In this document: in pieces, positions 9,650-23,120 of the stretch
Numbering within the stretch: position 1 is the stretch's first letter
Layout: every line of letters begins with the position of its first letter
NCBI RefSeq assembly: GCF_006345805.1
Contig: NW_021832597.1
Coordinates: forward strand, 1 to 64,000
From: Octopus sinensis
Lineage: Eukaryota
Length of the DNA stretch: 64,000 bases
Direction of reading: 5' to 3'
The notes under the pieces: generated by a model
Seen by the model: the letters and a program-made list of their open reading frames with translations, nothing else
Told to the model about the DNA's origin: nothing
Databases searched by the model: none
Position numbers and translations under genes: made by a program

Positions 9650-12600
9650 ATGAGTGTTGCGAAACGAATGAAGAGTGAAATAGACGAGGGACTGTATTCA
9701 CGGCAACTGTGTGAGGGATGATAGATATGTTAGATATGTATTGGGGCACCAAGCAATGAGGAGGATGAGTAGTGCGCGTGTGTTGATAAGTGGAATGGGA
9801 GGATTAGGGGTGGAGATAGCGAAGAATATAATCCTGGGGGGGATAGGTGTGGTGTGTGTGCAGGACACGAGGATGACAGGAATGGAGGACCTGTCGAGCC
9901 AAGTGAGAGTGAGTAGTGAATGAGTAGTTTTACGGGGGGAGTGTGGGGGAGAACAGAGCGAGTGCGTGTGTGGGACGGTTGAGAGAACTGAACGAGAACG
10001 TGGTGGTGGAGTGTAGGACGGGGGAGTTGACAATGGAAGTGTTGAGTGAGTATAGCATGGTGGTGGTGACGGACAACATCGAAATGAGTGGGGAGGCCGG
10101 GCGAATAAATGAGTGGTGTCGTGGGGCGAATATTCTCTTCATTTTGTGTAATTCGTTGGGCGTGTTTGGGTTGGTGAGTGGTGTGATTGGCAGACAAATA
10201 TTCTGCGACTTTGGGGAGGCCTTCACAGTGTATGACACGAACGGGATTGTTCCTCGCCCTTCTGTGGTGACGTGTATTGACCAAGTACTGTGCTCTGTGA
10301 GTGTAGAATGGAGTGGTGTTAGTCCACGACGACCACCCACTCGACATGGACGACGACAGTCTGGTCACGTTTTCCCAAGTGAAAGGAATGAGTGGAATAA
10401 ACGAGCATCCCCCCATGCCCATCCGACTCATCAGTAACCACCACTCATCATTCAGGCAGTTCGTCCTTCTCCATTGATGCCTCTTTCGGCAAGTACGAGG
10501 GAGGAGGAGTAGTCAGGGCTGTCAAAGTGCCCGTGGTCATGTCCTTCGTAGGCCTCCCCCTCATTGTAGAACTCCCTCCTCACTTCATTGGACGACTGTC
10601 CTTCCGAATATGCCTCCACTCATTCTGGCTTCCGCACTCTCGAATTATTCGTCCAGACTTATCACCGAATGCCCTCAGTCAGGGATGAGGTATTCCCCCT
10701 TTCTCCACCAGACTGATGCTCGTGCCTTCCAACACCTCGCCCAGTCCTCCTCCAACCAATTCTCTTATTACTGTGGAGCACGCCTCTGCCCCATGGACGC
10801 AGTCATTGGCAGTCTGTGTGCTCAGGAAGTCATCAAGGGATGCACCGGCAAGTTCACTCCCATCCACCAGTGGTTCTACTTCGACGCTCTCTCCTGTGTG
10901 TCCCACCACAAGGTCGACTACACCCCCGGCAATAGATATGCTGGCCAGTCCATCCTTTTTGGCGACCAAGTACAGAACAGACTCATGTCCCTCAACACTT
11001 TCATCGTCGGCATGGGCGCCATTGGCTGTGAACTCCTCAAAAACTTTGCAATGATGGGAGTCAGTTGTGGCTCCGGCACTACCTGGGTCACCGACATGGA
11101 CAGAATCGAGAGGTCCAACCTCAACAGACAATTTCTCTTCCGTTCCACCGATATGATGCGCCCTAAATCGACCACCGCAGCTCGAGCAATCAAGGAACTG
11201 AACAAGGACATGAACATCCAGGCATTGGAGTATCAAGTCGGCCATCCTACTGATTTCTATTTCAACGACCAGTTCTACGCTCGACTAGACTTGGTCCTCA
11301 CTGCCCTCGACAGACTTGACGCACGCAAGTTTGTCGATCTCAAATGCGTGTACTACCGACTCCCCATGATCGACTCGGGCACTCACGGAACAAGGGGGCA
11401 CTGCCAGCCTGTCATTCCCCACCTCACCGAGTCATACTCCTCCTCCAACGACCCCATCACTCGCGACTTTGCCTTCTGCACTGTCCGACACTTCCCCAAC
11501 TCTATTGAACATTGCATTCAGTTCGCCCTCGACTATTTCCGCGGGGTCTTCTACAACCAGATCGAGGCCGCCCACAAATATACTCTTTCTCCTCCACTCC
11601 TCTGTTCTCATCCACTTGTCCTCGCTCTCAAGGATGTCTACCCACTACACGCCTCCTTCGACTGGCCTTCCTGCGTCTCCTGGGCCTTCCGACAGTTCCA
11701 TGACCACTTTACCAACAATATTTCACAGTTACTCCACAACTTCCCCCCCGATCACGTATTCCCCACCCACACATCCACAGACCACCATCCACGGACTCCC
11801 CTTCTGGGCTCCCCCCAAACGATGTCCTTCCCCCATCACCTTCGATGTCGCCAATGTACTCTCCTTTCCTCATCCCAGCCTACTCACATACAGTATATCA
11901 CTCTCGCCGCACACCTCCGAGCACAGTCCTTGGGAATAGTCCCTCAGTCCACTCCCGTCCTCCACATACTCCACTCACTCACAGTCCCTGTCTTCACTCC
12001 CCAGGAGGGACTCGAGATTGGCGAGGATGACCAGCAGCCTGTTGACCCGGGGGGGATGAGTCGGGAGGACTTGGAAAAATGTTTGGTGGAGGACAAGAGC
12101 GGGGTCACTCTCACTCCTCTGCAGTACGACAAGGACGACGATGTGCATGCCCAGTTTTTGACGTGTGTGGCCAACCTGCGAGCACAGAACTACGGAATCG
12201 AACCGACGACGGTCTACAATGCTCGATTCGTGTCGGGGAAAATAGTCCCGGCAATGGCGACAACCACTTCTCTGGTGGTGGGATTGGTGTGCCTGGAGTT
12301 GTACAAGATTGTGCAGAACATGACTGACTTGGAGTCCTACTCGAGCACATTCGTGGACACGGCTGTCAACCAGTTGCTCAAGTGCACTCCAATCAAGTGT
12401 CCTGTCTCCAAGGTTGCCTTCTTTGTTCACTCTTAGTATGACCAGTTTGCCTGGACTTTGTGGGATCGCATTGAGATCACTCATAAAATGACTTTGTCCC
12501 AATTGTTCGAGTACTTGAGGGACGAGTATCGAGTCAACGTCGACGTGTTGTCTCAGGGAAATGCCACTTTGTATTCCTTCTTCATGAACAAGGACAAACA

Positions 12601-12785
12601 GCGCACTCGTCTGGCCATGGAGTAACACTTTCTTTCACGTTTGTAGAATCACCGATATTGTCAGGTCTGTTCTCGACGAGGGTATCCCCGAACATGTCCA
12701 ATTCATCGTCCTCGATGTCCTCTGTACTCCCCTTGACTCTTCTCAGGACATTGACTTTCCCTTCATTAAGTACAAGGTTCATTAA
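9650..12785 (+). CDS. UBA1: Ubiquitin-activating enzyme E1, multi-exon with 22-25 nt introns
   Basis: IDEGLYSRQL|YVLGHQAM, GMGGLGVEIAKNIILGG, VGMGAIGCELLKN, DMDRIERSNLNRQFLFR, catalytic CTVRHFPNSIEH, GKIVPAMATTT, and C-terminal UFD ending FPFIKYKVH*. Introns checked include 9709-9733 and 9903-9927. Confidence 0.95.
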
Positions 12786-13028
12786 CATTTCCTATCCCTA
12801 ATCAAGAGTTGTCTATTTTGGCTTTCTAATTACTTGTTCAATTAATTCCACCCTCCTGACCTTCCAAGTGAGTAGGGATGGCACCTCCTTCCCTGGCTTT
12901 GTAGAGGAAGTCAAGTCCATAATACATAGAATCATCTACAGTACCCCTACCAGTCCATCGATTAATATGACTTTACACTAGTTCAAGGAATAATCCGAAT
13001 AGAATGAATAAAATAAAAAGTGAATTAA

Positions 13029-13475
13029 CTAAGCCTTCTCCCCACGAATCCTCCTGGCGAGTTGAATGTCTGATACCATAATGGTCACTCGTTTCGCATG
13101 AATGGCACACATGTTTGTATCCTCGAACAAACTGACGAGATACGCCTCAGATGCCTCCTACCCAATTACTCCACCAGTCCAACCTGGAGTGCCCCAATGG
13201 CCGAGCTTTGGAATCTCAAATCAGTCTTGCAGTGTTGTGCTGTTTCCCTCACTAATCTTTGGAAGGGAAGCTTCCTTATCAGCAAATCCGTGCTTTTCTG
13301 GTATTTCTTTCATTTCTGGCATTTCTTTCATAGCCAGCGCTCCCGCCCGAAATCTTCGCGGGCGTTTGAGTCCTCCTGCCGCGGTAGCACTTTTACGGGC
13401 AGTTTTCACTGACAGCTGCTTTCTTGGCACCTTTGCTCCCGACGATTTGCGTGCTGTGTGCTTGGTTCGTGCCAT
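13029..13475 (-). CDS. H3.3: Divergent H3.3-like histone with one intron and an apparent frameshift (variant gene or pseudogene)
   Basis: [15 protein letters not shown]...[20 protein letters not shown]...[10 protein letters not shown]|EASEAYL...[10 protein letters not shown]. 26-nt intron 13158-13183 after Q93. No histone stem-loop seen downstream. Imperfect 18-nt duplication at about 13296-13331 with net +1 frame. Confidence 0.85.
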
Positions 13476-13617
13476 CAATCACCCTAAACATGTCAACAAG
13501 CATACACCACTAAAATTATCTAAGTGAATAAATCTAGGCAGAAAAAGTATCATTGAGGTGATCCAGTCGACAAAACTGTATATATTTTGAAATAATATAT
13601 ATTACCAGCTGGCTATT

Positions 13618-13662
13618 CCAATCGATTTCATTTGCCCTCCTCTGAGGCAAGTGTAAGCCAAT
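13618..13662. promoter_or_regulatory. Two CCAAT boxes 40 bp apart upstream of the H3 gene
   Basis: CCAAT at 13618-13622 and 13658-13662, 143-187 nt upstream of the ATG. Paired CCAAT boxes are common in histone promoters, but these could be chance. Confidence 0.3.
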
Positions 13663-14189
13663 CTTTTCACTGGCGGCGAATATCCTCATTAGTATGAACT
13701 ATATTTTGATTTTTTACGTTTTAAATATAGTATACATATTTATGTTTATATAAATATTTGTTTAGGGATGTTTGAGACCCAAATAGAGCATGCTTATTAA
13801 AGAAAGCGTACAGCTCATTAATTTCATCAATATTGAGTTATGTTGCAAATAGAAGAGGCCATTAGTGAGAATGCCTTTTTCTGTGCCCGAGGAAATTCAA
13901 TTACTATTTAACTGGACAGTTGTAGAATAAGGAGCACACGGTTTATGAAATTGTTTCTTTTTTTAATTCTCCAAAGCAGTCCACTCATAATAAAAAGTTG
14001 CCTCACTAAATGGACTTTTAGAGTTGAAATTGTGGAATGACTTGGTCATACCATATTACAAGTATAACAGAGGTTATCTTGTGTTCGATAGTAATACAAC
14101 GACTATCAAATCCATTTCCACTTACTTCAAACAAGACAGTGCTGATGCTGAGGAAATATCATTGACTAAGAAATAAGCAAACTAAAGAG

Positions 14190-17100
14190 TTGTTGATTGT
14201 TGCGAAAAGTGTAGGTAGATCATCTTGGGTCTTAAAGTTTAACGCGTATTTGTCAGTGAAACAAAATAAGTGCCGTAAAATCAGATATTTTTGTGTACGA
14301 GTGTCGACATTGAAGGGGGAATTGGCTTACAAATGTATTTCCATTGCAAATAAGTTGTCTTGCGCACCGGGTGGTAGTGCTGTGATGTATCACAGGATTG
14401 TCATATTTGTCACTTGAAATAACCAAATTCAAAAATATCAAATGGAACAATTCGGACATTGCTATTCGTCTCAGATGCTTCAAAATGGCATCCAAAGGAT
14501 CAGGTCTACAATATTGCAACTCGAAGTGGAATGCGTTCTACGGATTGCGCATTACCGGTGACAAAAATAGAGTGGAATACAAAATTGTGGGAGATTGGGT
14601 GGTGTATTTAGACCAATACAAGCGAAAAACAAAGTAGAAAGGAATATATTTCCATGACTCTTCACAACAACATCAATTTCACAGCCATCTTCAACCAACA
14701 GCAGACAAAATGCGCATACCACTCATTCTCGCTCAATTTGGTGGCTAATAATAAACGGTCGGCGATTGTCTTAAAGAGCAAATGGACATTAAAAGTGAAG
14801 ATGTGTCGAAAATGTAAGCCACTGATCCTGCATTGAGTAGTTCGAGTCGAGTTGTTGTTAACTCATTTTGAGGAGAATTTTGACCAAATGTGCATTTCCT
14901 ACGAAACCACGTTCTACCCATTGCAGAGCCAGTACATTCTCAGTGTTTGCGGATTGATTGTGGACAGCGACTACAACACACGTGACATTTAATGGGAAAT
15001 ACTTTCAGTCACCACGCTTGTTCTCGATCGAGTCAAAATGAAGAAAAGTCGTGGGAAAATGAAGTTAAAGCGGACCAAATGCCGGGGGAGATTTGACATT
15101 GAAAATGCATTCGTTGTCGTGTTCTATGCAATGGCAGAGGACGTCAAAGACCCCGAAAACTTGTATTACGCGTCGAATACTTATGTCCGCCTATTGCAAG
15201 TGAGGAAAAGCCGAGAACGCCGGCATACTATTTCACTGAGCAGTATTAACTAAACCTGTTAGCAGCAGTCATAATTAACGGGAATAATACTCTTAATATT
15301 GGCCACAATGAGTTGTCTCTCATCACCAAAACATTCCTTCCCATACCAATTGAGGTTTTTACCTCTCCGTTCACATTCAGTGCAGACTGACGCCCAACAA
15401 CAGACTCATTTATTCTGGCAGGATTGAGACCGGAGTTTTAGCGAACTTTGATTTAAACATGGCCGACCATCCGGACATTTGCGTTGATGACTTGGAGAAC
15501 CACATTGACTGTGATCTGGGGGTTCGGGGGAAAGTGGGCAAAGTCCTTGTCGTTAAAAATTCGGAAAATCCGACGTGTCCGCGTATTGTTCTACTAACAC
15601 GTCAGTGGGGGTGGATTTGAGGGTCGAGAAATTCCAATTCCGACCAAACAGGAGTGTTGTGAGGCCGGACGAGCCTTTCGGAATTATGGCAGAAATGAGC
15701 GCATTCTCGTTCGATTTCGTCCGTTTCCATAAATCCGCGTTCCGTCCAGTTCTCAGCGCACGTGCAGGGAACTACTCGGTGGTACTCGCCCAGTTGGGAG
15801 AGGAATGGAAGGACACATTGGTGATGTGTGCATGTCGAGCGTAGATGACGAGCAAATACTACCACTCCAAGCTAAACATAGAAGAATTCAAAATTGGACT
15901 AAACAAAGCAACATTCATTATTTGTGAACAGACGGTGACATTTGAACTGGCCATCTCTTTTCAAGAATACGCTCACTTTGATATTGACTTGGCAAATAAT
16001 CTTGCAAGTCTCTCCGCCTTCTTTGCGTGCCACGGTAGTCCCTCATACCATGACCCCAATAGTCGTTGACCCCTGCAAGGAAAACCTCCACAGCTGTCCA
16101 CGTGGGGCAAAGTGCGTTCGAGTCCACAAAACTTATTCTTCGCCCTACGGCGGGAAAGGTTACAAGTGCATTGTTAGTGCTGACGGAAAACAAAGTATAT
16201 TTTGAATCACCCATTTTGGCGTCAAATGTGCAAGTGGTGGTGCGAAAGAATGTCTGAAAATAGACGGAGCGTACTGCGAGGACACAGCCGGGTCGTTCGC
16301 TTGCAAGTGTGTGGACGGCTATGCACGAGTGACCAGACAAAACAAGACATTCTGTGAAGGTGATGATGAGAAATATTCCAGAAATAAACAAATGTAAGAA
16401 TGTTTGCGACGAGAATGCGAAATGCAGTAAAGTGATGGACTCGTATGTTTGTGAATGCAGTCATGGCTTCGAAGGGAATGGATTCGAGTGCACAAGTTCA
16501 TGCAATACTCATTTCTAGAAGTGAACGACTGCGAGTCCGTCAGTTGCAGTCACAACGGAGAGTGCGTCGAGTCGTCGGAGGGACACCAATGTCTTTGCAA
16601 TGCACAGTTCTATGGCCGAGACTGTGAATTGGGTGACTCGAGTCGATATTTCAGAATGGCCGATAATGAGTCCGTGGAGTAGTTGGAGTGAGTGCATCTC
16701 GGACTGTGGCGTGGGATACTCCCAGAGAACCAGGAAGTGCTTTATCGGCCACCAACAGATTGACTGCACACAACATGTTGGAGAAGGCACACTTTTCGAC
16801 TACAAAACGTGTCATTCCTCTCCCTGCTCAGCTGGTCACATGAGTTTTCATTTTCAGATTTCCACTTTTGTGACTCGGACCCTTGCGGAGTTGAGTTCGG
16901 GGGACTCTGCTCGACTACTGACAATGGTCGGGGGTTTATTTGCCATTGCCGCAAAGGCTACACAGAAATCAGAGACCCTCACAATACCTTCATTCGATGT
17001 CATGGTATTTTTCCGAGATAGTTCCAGACGTCAATGAGTGTTCCTCCGTTCCTCACGTGTGCTTTGGAGGAGCCCAGACGTGCGAAAACTCCATGGGAAG

Positions 17101-20100
17101 CTACTCCTGTTTCCCACGTGGGTGACGACTGTTCAATCGTAGGAAAAGCACCCAAAAAAGCCTCAGTGTTGCGAGAGACTGGCATTTGGAAGAAATATGT
17201 CAAATTCCCGTATAAAGTCAAATTGGAACAAAGTCCCATGATTAAAGGATTTGAAGTATTCTTTGGGCAAGTCACGTCGAGGTGTCCAGAAATGGGTTTG
17301 TTCTACTTCTCAAGTCCGAATGGCCTCTTTCGATGACCGAAGACTTGCATGAAGTACAAGACTTTGGGAAATTGGAAAAAGGACTCTCACTTATTGACGA
17401 CCTGGTGGGAATGGTGGCTGCTTCGTGGGCAAATTACGATTCCCAGAAAGGCCATGTGCTCGTGACTAATAATCTCTCACAGGTGGCAGTTTATTTTCCC
17501 ACCGACATTTCTGACAAACTTGGATTGGACTACGTCAACTTCTCAGCCAGAATTGTGTGGAAGGACATGTCCATCGCCAACATACATTATCCGGACAATC
17601 AAGTGGTCTCACTCGGTCTGAATAATAGAGGGAATCCTTCACCCTGACTATGGTGCTCAAGGATTACGATTTGTTCATTTTATACTCACTTGAGAAATAT
17701 GAGTGGTGCACCCACACTACGTAACTCTGTTGGGGGAGGTTGGCAGGGTGACTCCGCAGAATGGGGCGAAGATGGGACTGATTTATCGGACAGGCAATGC
17801 TTTCAAATGGGAGAACATGACCAATATTCCAACGAATATAAATGTCTCCCAAACAAGCAGCAATGAATGCGAAACGGTGGTCTCATTCACGGAGAATGAG
17901 GACATGGTCGACTGCAACCGGTGGATAAAAGTGATTGATGATTTTTCACGTTAGGAAAATAAAGTGAATGCCGAAGACTTGTCCTGTCCCTTCACGGAAG
18001 CACAAGTCATGGAATCCGAATTCAAATTGTTGTCAGCAGAGAACAAGAACATAAAGTGCTACGATGACGTGACAGTGGGTCTTTACATGAGTAAGTGAGT
18101 GGTTATTATGTCAGAAGAGAAAGTCACGTGCTGCTATGACCGGACTCACCACTCGCTTGTCGCACACGGCGAATATTCAGACGGATTCGACACTTTGGGC
18201 GTGATGGTAGACGATCAGTTTAAGTGTTAGAAATTGGACAAGGACAGGTCATTCTACGCCAAGTGCTGTGTCCATCCGAGTCTGTGCACACAATTTTTCA
18301 GTCTCAGGCCGTTCATTAAGTCAGTTCGGCGAGTGGGGCAGTTACACGGTAGGATTGACTATTCACCGACTTAGGATTTATTTATACGGATGGCACAGTT
18401 TATTCTTTGAGAAAAAACATTTCCAAGATGGTCGGACAATTCGTTGTTCTCGAAGGAGCACTGTCCCGCAATTTCCGTTTCCAAGTCAATTTTTCTTCAG
18501 AGTTGAGAACAGCAGTCCTCCGAATAGCAATCCACGACGACCAGACTCTATATTTATACGAAATACCTAATAACGGTTCCACTTCCCAATTAAACGGAAA
18601 ACACGTCTTCTCCCCTTTTTATGGAAAAGACAGGAAAACTGCTTACTTGGAGACTGGTTAACACTTTTGGACTCAATCATAGCCACGTCCGTCACAATTC
18701 TGATCGGACACCAAGTTTCCATCACTCTGTATGAGCTTGGCTGGGTCTTCACCATTAATGAGGATATACTCGATCTATTGGACGGAATTCTCGTGGAAGG
18801 GGACAATGAGTACAATCTTTGTCCCAAGAAAGACTATTCGGCCGAGTGTTTTCCCACACTTTCGTCCCTGAGGAGTCAGTTCGACGCCTTTCTACACAGA
18901 TTTGACAAGAAAGTGACCATTTCAAGTGCAATGTGAACTAATTTGGGTAGAAATGGAGAAAATATTGTTCTGCAACGCCACTCTGCGAGTTGTCCTCAAC
19001 GACTACGTCCACGTGGAGTGCCGAACCAAAGTGCGCGTGCCCCAAATCCACGTGTCCGTAATAGACGACATGACGGTTGTTAAAAACGTGACTCTGGAAA
19101 CAAAGCAAGTGGGAAGGGGCTACTCGGCAAACTTGTCGTTATTCTGGTGGAGTGCAAATCTGCGTTTGTTATTCCACGTGGAAAACAAACAAGTGCGTGA
19201 GGTGGAGGAACCGCGAGTATTACTGTGCGACTGTTTGAACGGGGGGTGGTGCGATTGGAGGGGAATGGAAAAAAAGTGTGTCTGCAGGGAGGGGTATTCG
19301 GGGGAGCGTTGCCAAGTGGTGTACAACTCGTGCCTGCTGTACCCGTGTTCTGAGGGTAGTGGTTAGTGAGTATTGAAGAATGTGTCAACTCGACAGACTG
19401 CGGGAATGAGGAGTCATGTTCGCGTGGGTATAAACTGGACGTCGACAAATGCATTGGTAATGGCATTTGGGCAACTTTCAGACATAAACGAATGTTTGAC
19501 AGATAACCCATGTCGGGCAAACAACACGGAATGCATAAATACTGAGGGGTCGTACAGATGCCAGTGCATGGGGGGATTTGTAGAGAGGAGTGTGAATGAG
19601 TGCGTGGGTGACTACCCCGATACATATATAGATGACAATGAATGTCTCAGGGACAACGGTGGATGCCAGCAGATCTGTGTTAACACACACGGAGGCTACA
19701 CTTGCAAATGTAGAGAGGGATTCTCGCTGGTCCAACCGTCGTCGTGCCATGGTAGGAGGACAGAGTGAGTGCTAGACGTGGACGAGTGCCTGGATGGCAG
19801 CAAGTGTTCACAAAAGTGCATCAATCTCCCCGGGGCGTACACGTGTGGTTGCAGTGAAGGACATGGACTGTTGAGTGATGGGCAGACTTGTGGGAGTATA
19901 ATTGTCTTGACAGTGCGAGGAATGAACCAATGCAGGGATAAGCAATGTGATGCCCGGAATGGTTATTGCTACGTTATGGGAGTCGAGACGTGTGCTTGCA
20001 AGGAAGGATATTATCTGGATGGGGACACGTGCATAGGTCATACTCCCCAACATGTTCAGACGTCGACGAGTGCAACACACGTCTTCACAATTGCTCAAAT

Positions 20101-21559
20101 AACCAAAAGTGCCACAATCTCCCAGGCGGGTTCGAATGCGAGAACGTCCCAACTGACAAGTGTCCTGACCAAAGTCGTCCAATCTGCCGAAATGTTTCAG
20201 GAGGATGTGGAAGGGGGTTTCAGCCCAATGCCCACGGAGATTGCAAGGGTTGCCTTACAAATCGGATTGCAGATTTTAATGAATGCATTAAGCATAATGA
20301 CTGCACAGAGCAATGTGTCAACTTGCATGGAAGTTATCGTTGTGCCTGTCCTGAGGGAATGCACTTGCTCAACGACGGGATCACCTGCGCCGGTTTGAAT
20401 CAAATTGTCATGGCAGTTTCAAATGAATGTAAGCATAAACACAATTGCCAGCATTTGTGTGTTCATCGAGACGCCGCCGACGTTTGTGTGTGCCACAGTG
20501 GCTATCAGCCTGACCCCCTCTCTCCGGACAAGTGCATTGGTATGTCCACATCACTAATCAACCAGACATTGACGAGTGCAGTACACTTCACCATTGCGGA
20601 GTAAATAGTCAGTGTCACAACCAAGAGGGCACTGCCAATGCGACCAATATTATATTCCTGACCCAGACGAGGCCTCCTGCAGTCGTCTGCTCTATATTTA
20701 TACATTTATAGGCAGACACGGAGAGTGGGGGATTTGGGGGGAGTGGTCACAATGTAGTCACATGTGCCACGGAGTCAAGTTTCGGCAAAGGCGTTGCGAC
20801 TCCCCTCCACCCGTCGGCTTCCAACAAACATGCATCGGCGATTCCACTAATTTTGTAATGTGTAATATGTATACAAGTAATTGTAAAAGTAAATTCATGT
20901 TTATTTATTTTGAGTTATCGAGGCAGAAGTAGAGCATTCGGTGATTGTCGTCTTGCAAGGCCTCGATGTCACCAAAGTAGTATAACATTACTCACTCCAA
21001 GTGGAACCAACACCAACACTCGTTCAAGGAAGGACTGTGCCGGCAATCAACTCATTTTGTTTCCAAAACCCAGAAGCATGTTATAATAACTCCGATACAA
21101 AGTAACAGTTCACTCCCTAAGCAAAGGAGAATGCTCTGTCTCAGCTTTGAGCAAGTCAAGTTAGCCGTTGGCTATCCAAGACCTTCGCTTGAGGGCAGCA
21201 CCAAGTTGAATTGAATTAAGACTGTTAGAATAATGGTTTATGTGGTCGACATGAACTCGTTCCTCAACAAGTCAGTGCTGTTGGAGGTAATGAAGAGCAA
21301 CTTCACTTTGAAAGTGATTAAACAAGTTAAGAAAATTGTTTAAAAGTAGGCGAAGAAGAACATTTCCCAGATATATGCCAAAATAGCAGTCAACGAAGAT
21401 GCGGAGGAGAAGACCGTACAAATAAAACAATTTTCCCTTGAATTCGACTCGACGACCTCGCCAATTCTGATAGTGCTGGCTGCTCTGTTCTCCCTTATTT
21501 ATGTCTCCCATGCACTCTACAAACTACTAAAAGGGTGTTCTGGAGATTCTTCTGACTAA
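14190..21559 (+). CDS. MUC4/Mesh/SUSD2-like type I membrane protein: EGF, TSP1, NIDO-like, AMOP, VWD-like, about 10 EGF/EGF_CA, TSP1, SEA-like, TM; 5' end unresolved
   Basis: EGF_CA repeats ([22 protein letters not shown]). TSP1 ([14 protein letters not shown]; [13 protein letters not shown]). AMOP-like LSCPFTEAQ...CCYD. NIDO-like [31 protein letters not shown] before TAA at 21557-21559. The 25-nt intron at about 17119 keeps frame across an apparent stop. Confidence 0.75.
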
Positions 21560-21849
21560 TAACATTTCTTGGATACTAACATATTTTTAACATACCCATT
21601 AAGTGCTGTAAATTTCCGCGCACATAGTATAAATTTGTGAGAAATGGGCTTTCCGTCAATACTAAACCTAACTTTTTTAGGAAAGCAAGTATTTGTGTTT
21701 ATCTTTTTGTTATGAAATGAACAAATCAAAGTTCGACTGGGAACAGCTTGAACCAGTACAACAGGCTATCCAAAATTATCAGAAAGCGGGCCAAGTGAAA
21801 TGAAAAAATATTGACTTTCTAGGGAATACAAGAAACAAATATTGTAAAA

Positions 21850-22290
21850 TGTTCAGAGACCAAGTGCGTGTACACCCAACATGTACAAACTGATAAATTC
21901 ATAACGTAATTTAATTATTCGTGGTGTTAGCAATGGTTTTTTTATTGGTTTGTGGGCATATATTTTTTTCTTGTTCAACATTCTTTTAATTGTCATATGA
22001 CTAATTGATAAGTTTCTCTCATTTTTCAATTTAATAGAAATTTTCCTAAGTGACAATTTGGAGTTTTGTTCAATTTCATAAGAAATCATGTTTGAAATTT
22101 CTTCAGAATAAATATTATGACCACCACTGCCTTTTCTGGGTACCTTTGTATTGCTTAAAGACATTTTTTTTATTTGTTTCAAAATTGTTGATTGGCTAAC
22201 GTGCAGAATAGATGCAATATGTTTTTGCTTGAAACCGGCATTTTTTAATGAAATAATTTGTGCTATTTTATTTGAAGTCAGTTTCATTTC
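21850..22290 (-). mobile_element. Tc1-like transposase N-terminal HTH fragment
   Basis: ORF 21853-22287: QKHIASILHVSQSTI...RKGSGG...SLRKISIKL...ISHMTIKRML...KKPLLT. No DDE core or TIRs found. Confidence 0.7.
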
Positions 22291-22689
22291 TATAAGTTAT
22301 TATTTATTTAGCATGTACACAACAGGAATCAACAGAAATCAACAGAAATTTTTAAAAATCAAAAAATATTACTTTTTGCTGTTACAAAATTTCAAATAAT
22401 TAACTAAAATTATGTATTTTCAAAGATTTTTAAAATTTATAAAAACGTAATTACATAATAATTAATGTCATTAGAGTGATTTAAATATTTAAAATGAATA
22501 TTATTTAATATTAAATGGTGTTTTAAGAATATTCCTTTTTGCTGTTACAGACTGTAGGTGTGAATAATAAACTATTGGATATGTCGAAACATATGGCCAA
22601 TTAGTAAAAATCAACTTGGAACACGAAGAATGTGTAAATGAGGGAAAGAACAGGCAATCTTCAATAAGTTTATCAACCAGCAAAATGGG

Positions 22690-23120
22690 AATATGTTATC
22701 TTATATGTGGATTGATGTGAGGAAACCATTTTACTCGTTCGACCGACCACGAATTCTTAATCCAGATTCTGCAAAACTTCCAAAGAATAAAACTGACATT
22801 CTTCAACCCCTTGATATGGGATCGTCAATTCTTTCAAATTATCTTATTCAAGCAATTTTTATTGGCGATATTTAAGAGAATTATTATGAGACCATATTGA
22901 AGATAAATATGCGACAAGTTATCATATATTTAAGAGAAGCATGGAATCGAGTAACAAAAGACACAATAACTAATTGTTGGAATAAAATAAATGAATTAAG
23001 AATTAATGATTTCGAAATTAATCAAAACATTCAATTTGAACTTTCGAAGGCTCATATTTTAGATGTAATGCAAATAGAATTTGATGGAACTGAAAATGAC
23101 TTTCAATTATATGATGGGTG
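22690..23120 (+). mobile_element. pogo/Tigger DDE_1 C-terminal remnant
   Basis: LPKNKTDILQPLDMG and LREAWNRVTKDTITNCWNK. Confidence 0.7.

Noticed and set aside
21272-21511. 79-aa minus-strand ORF as a separate gene
   Set aside because: The plus strand here encodes the TM-containing last exon of the mucin-like gene.
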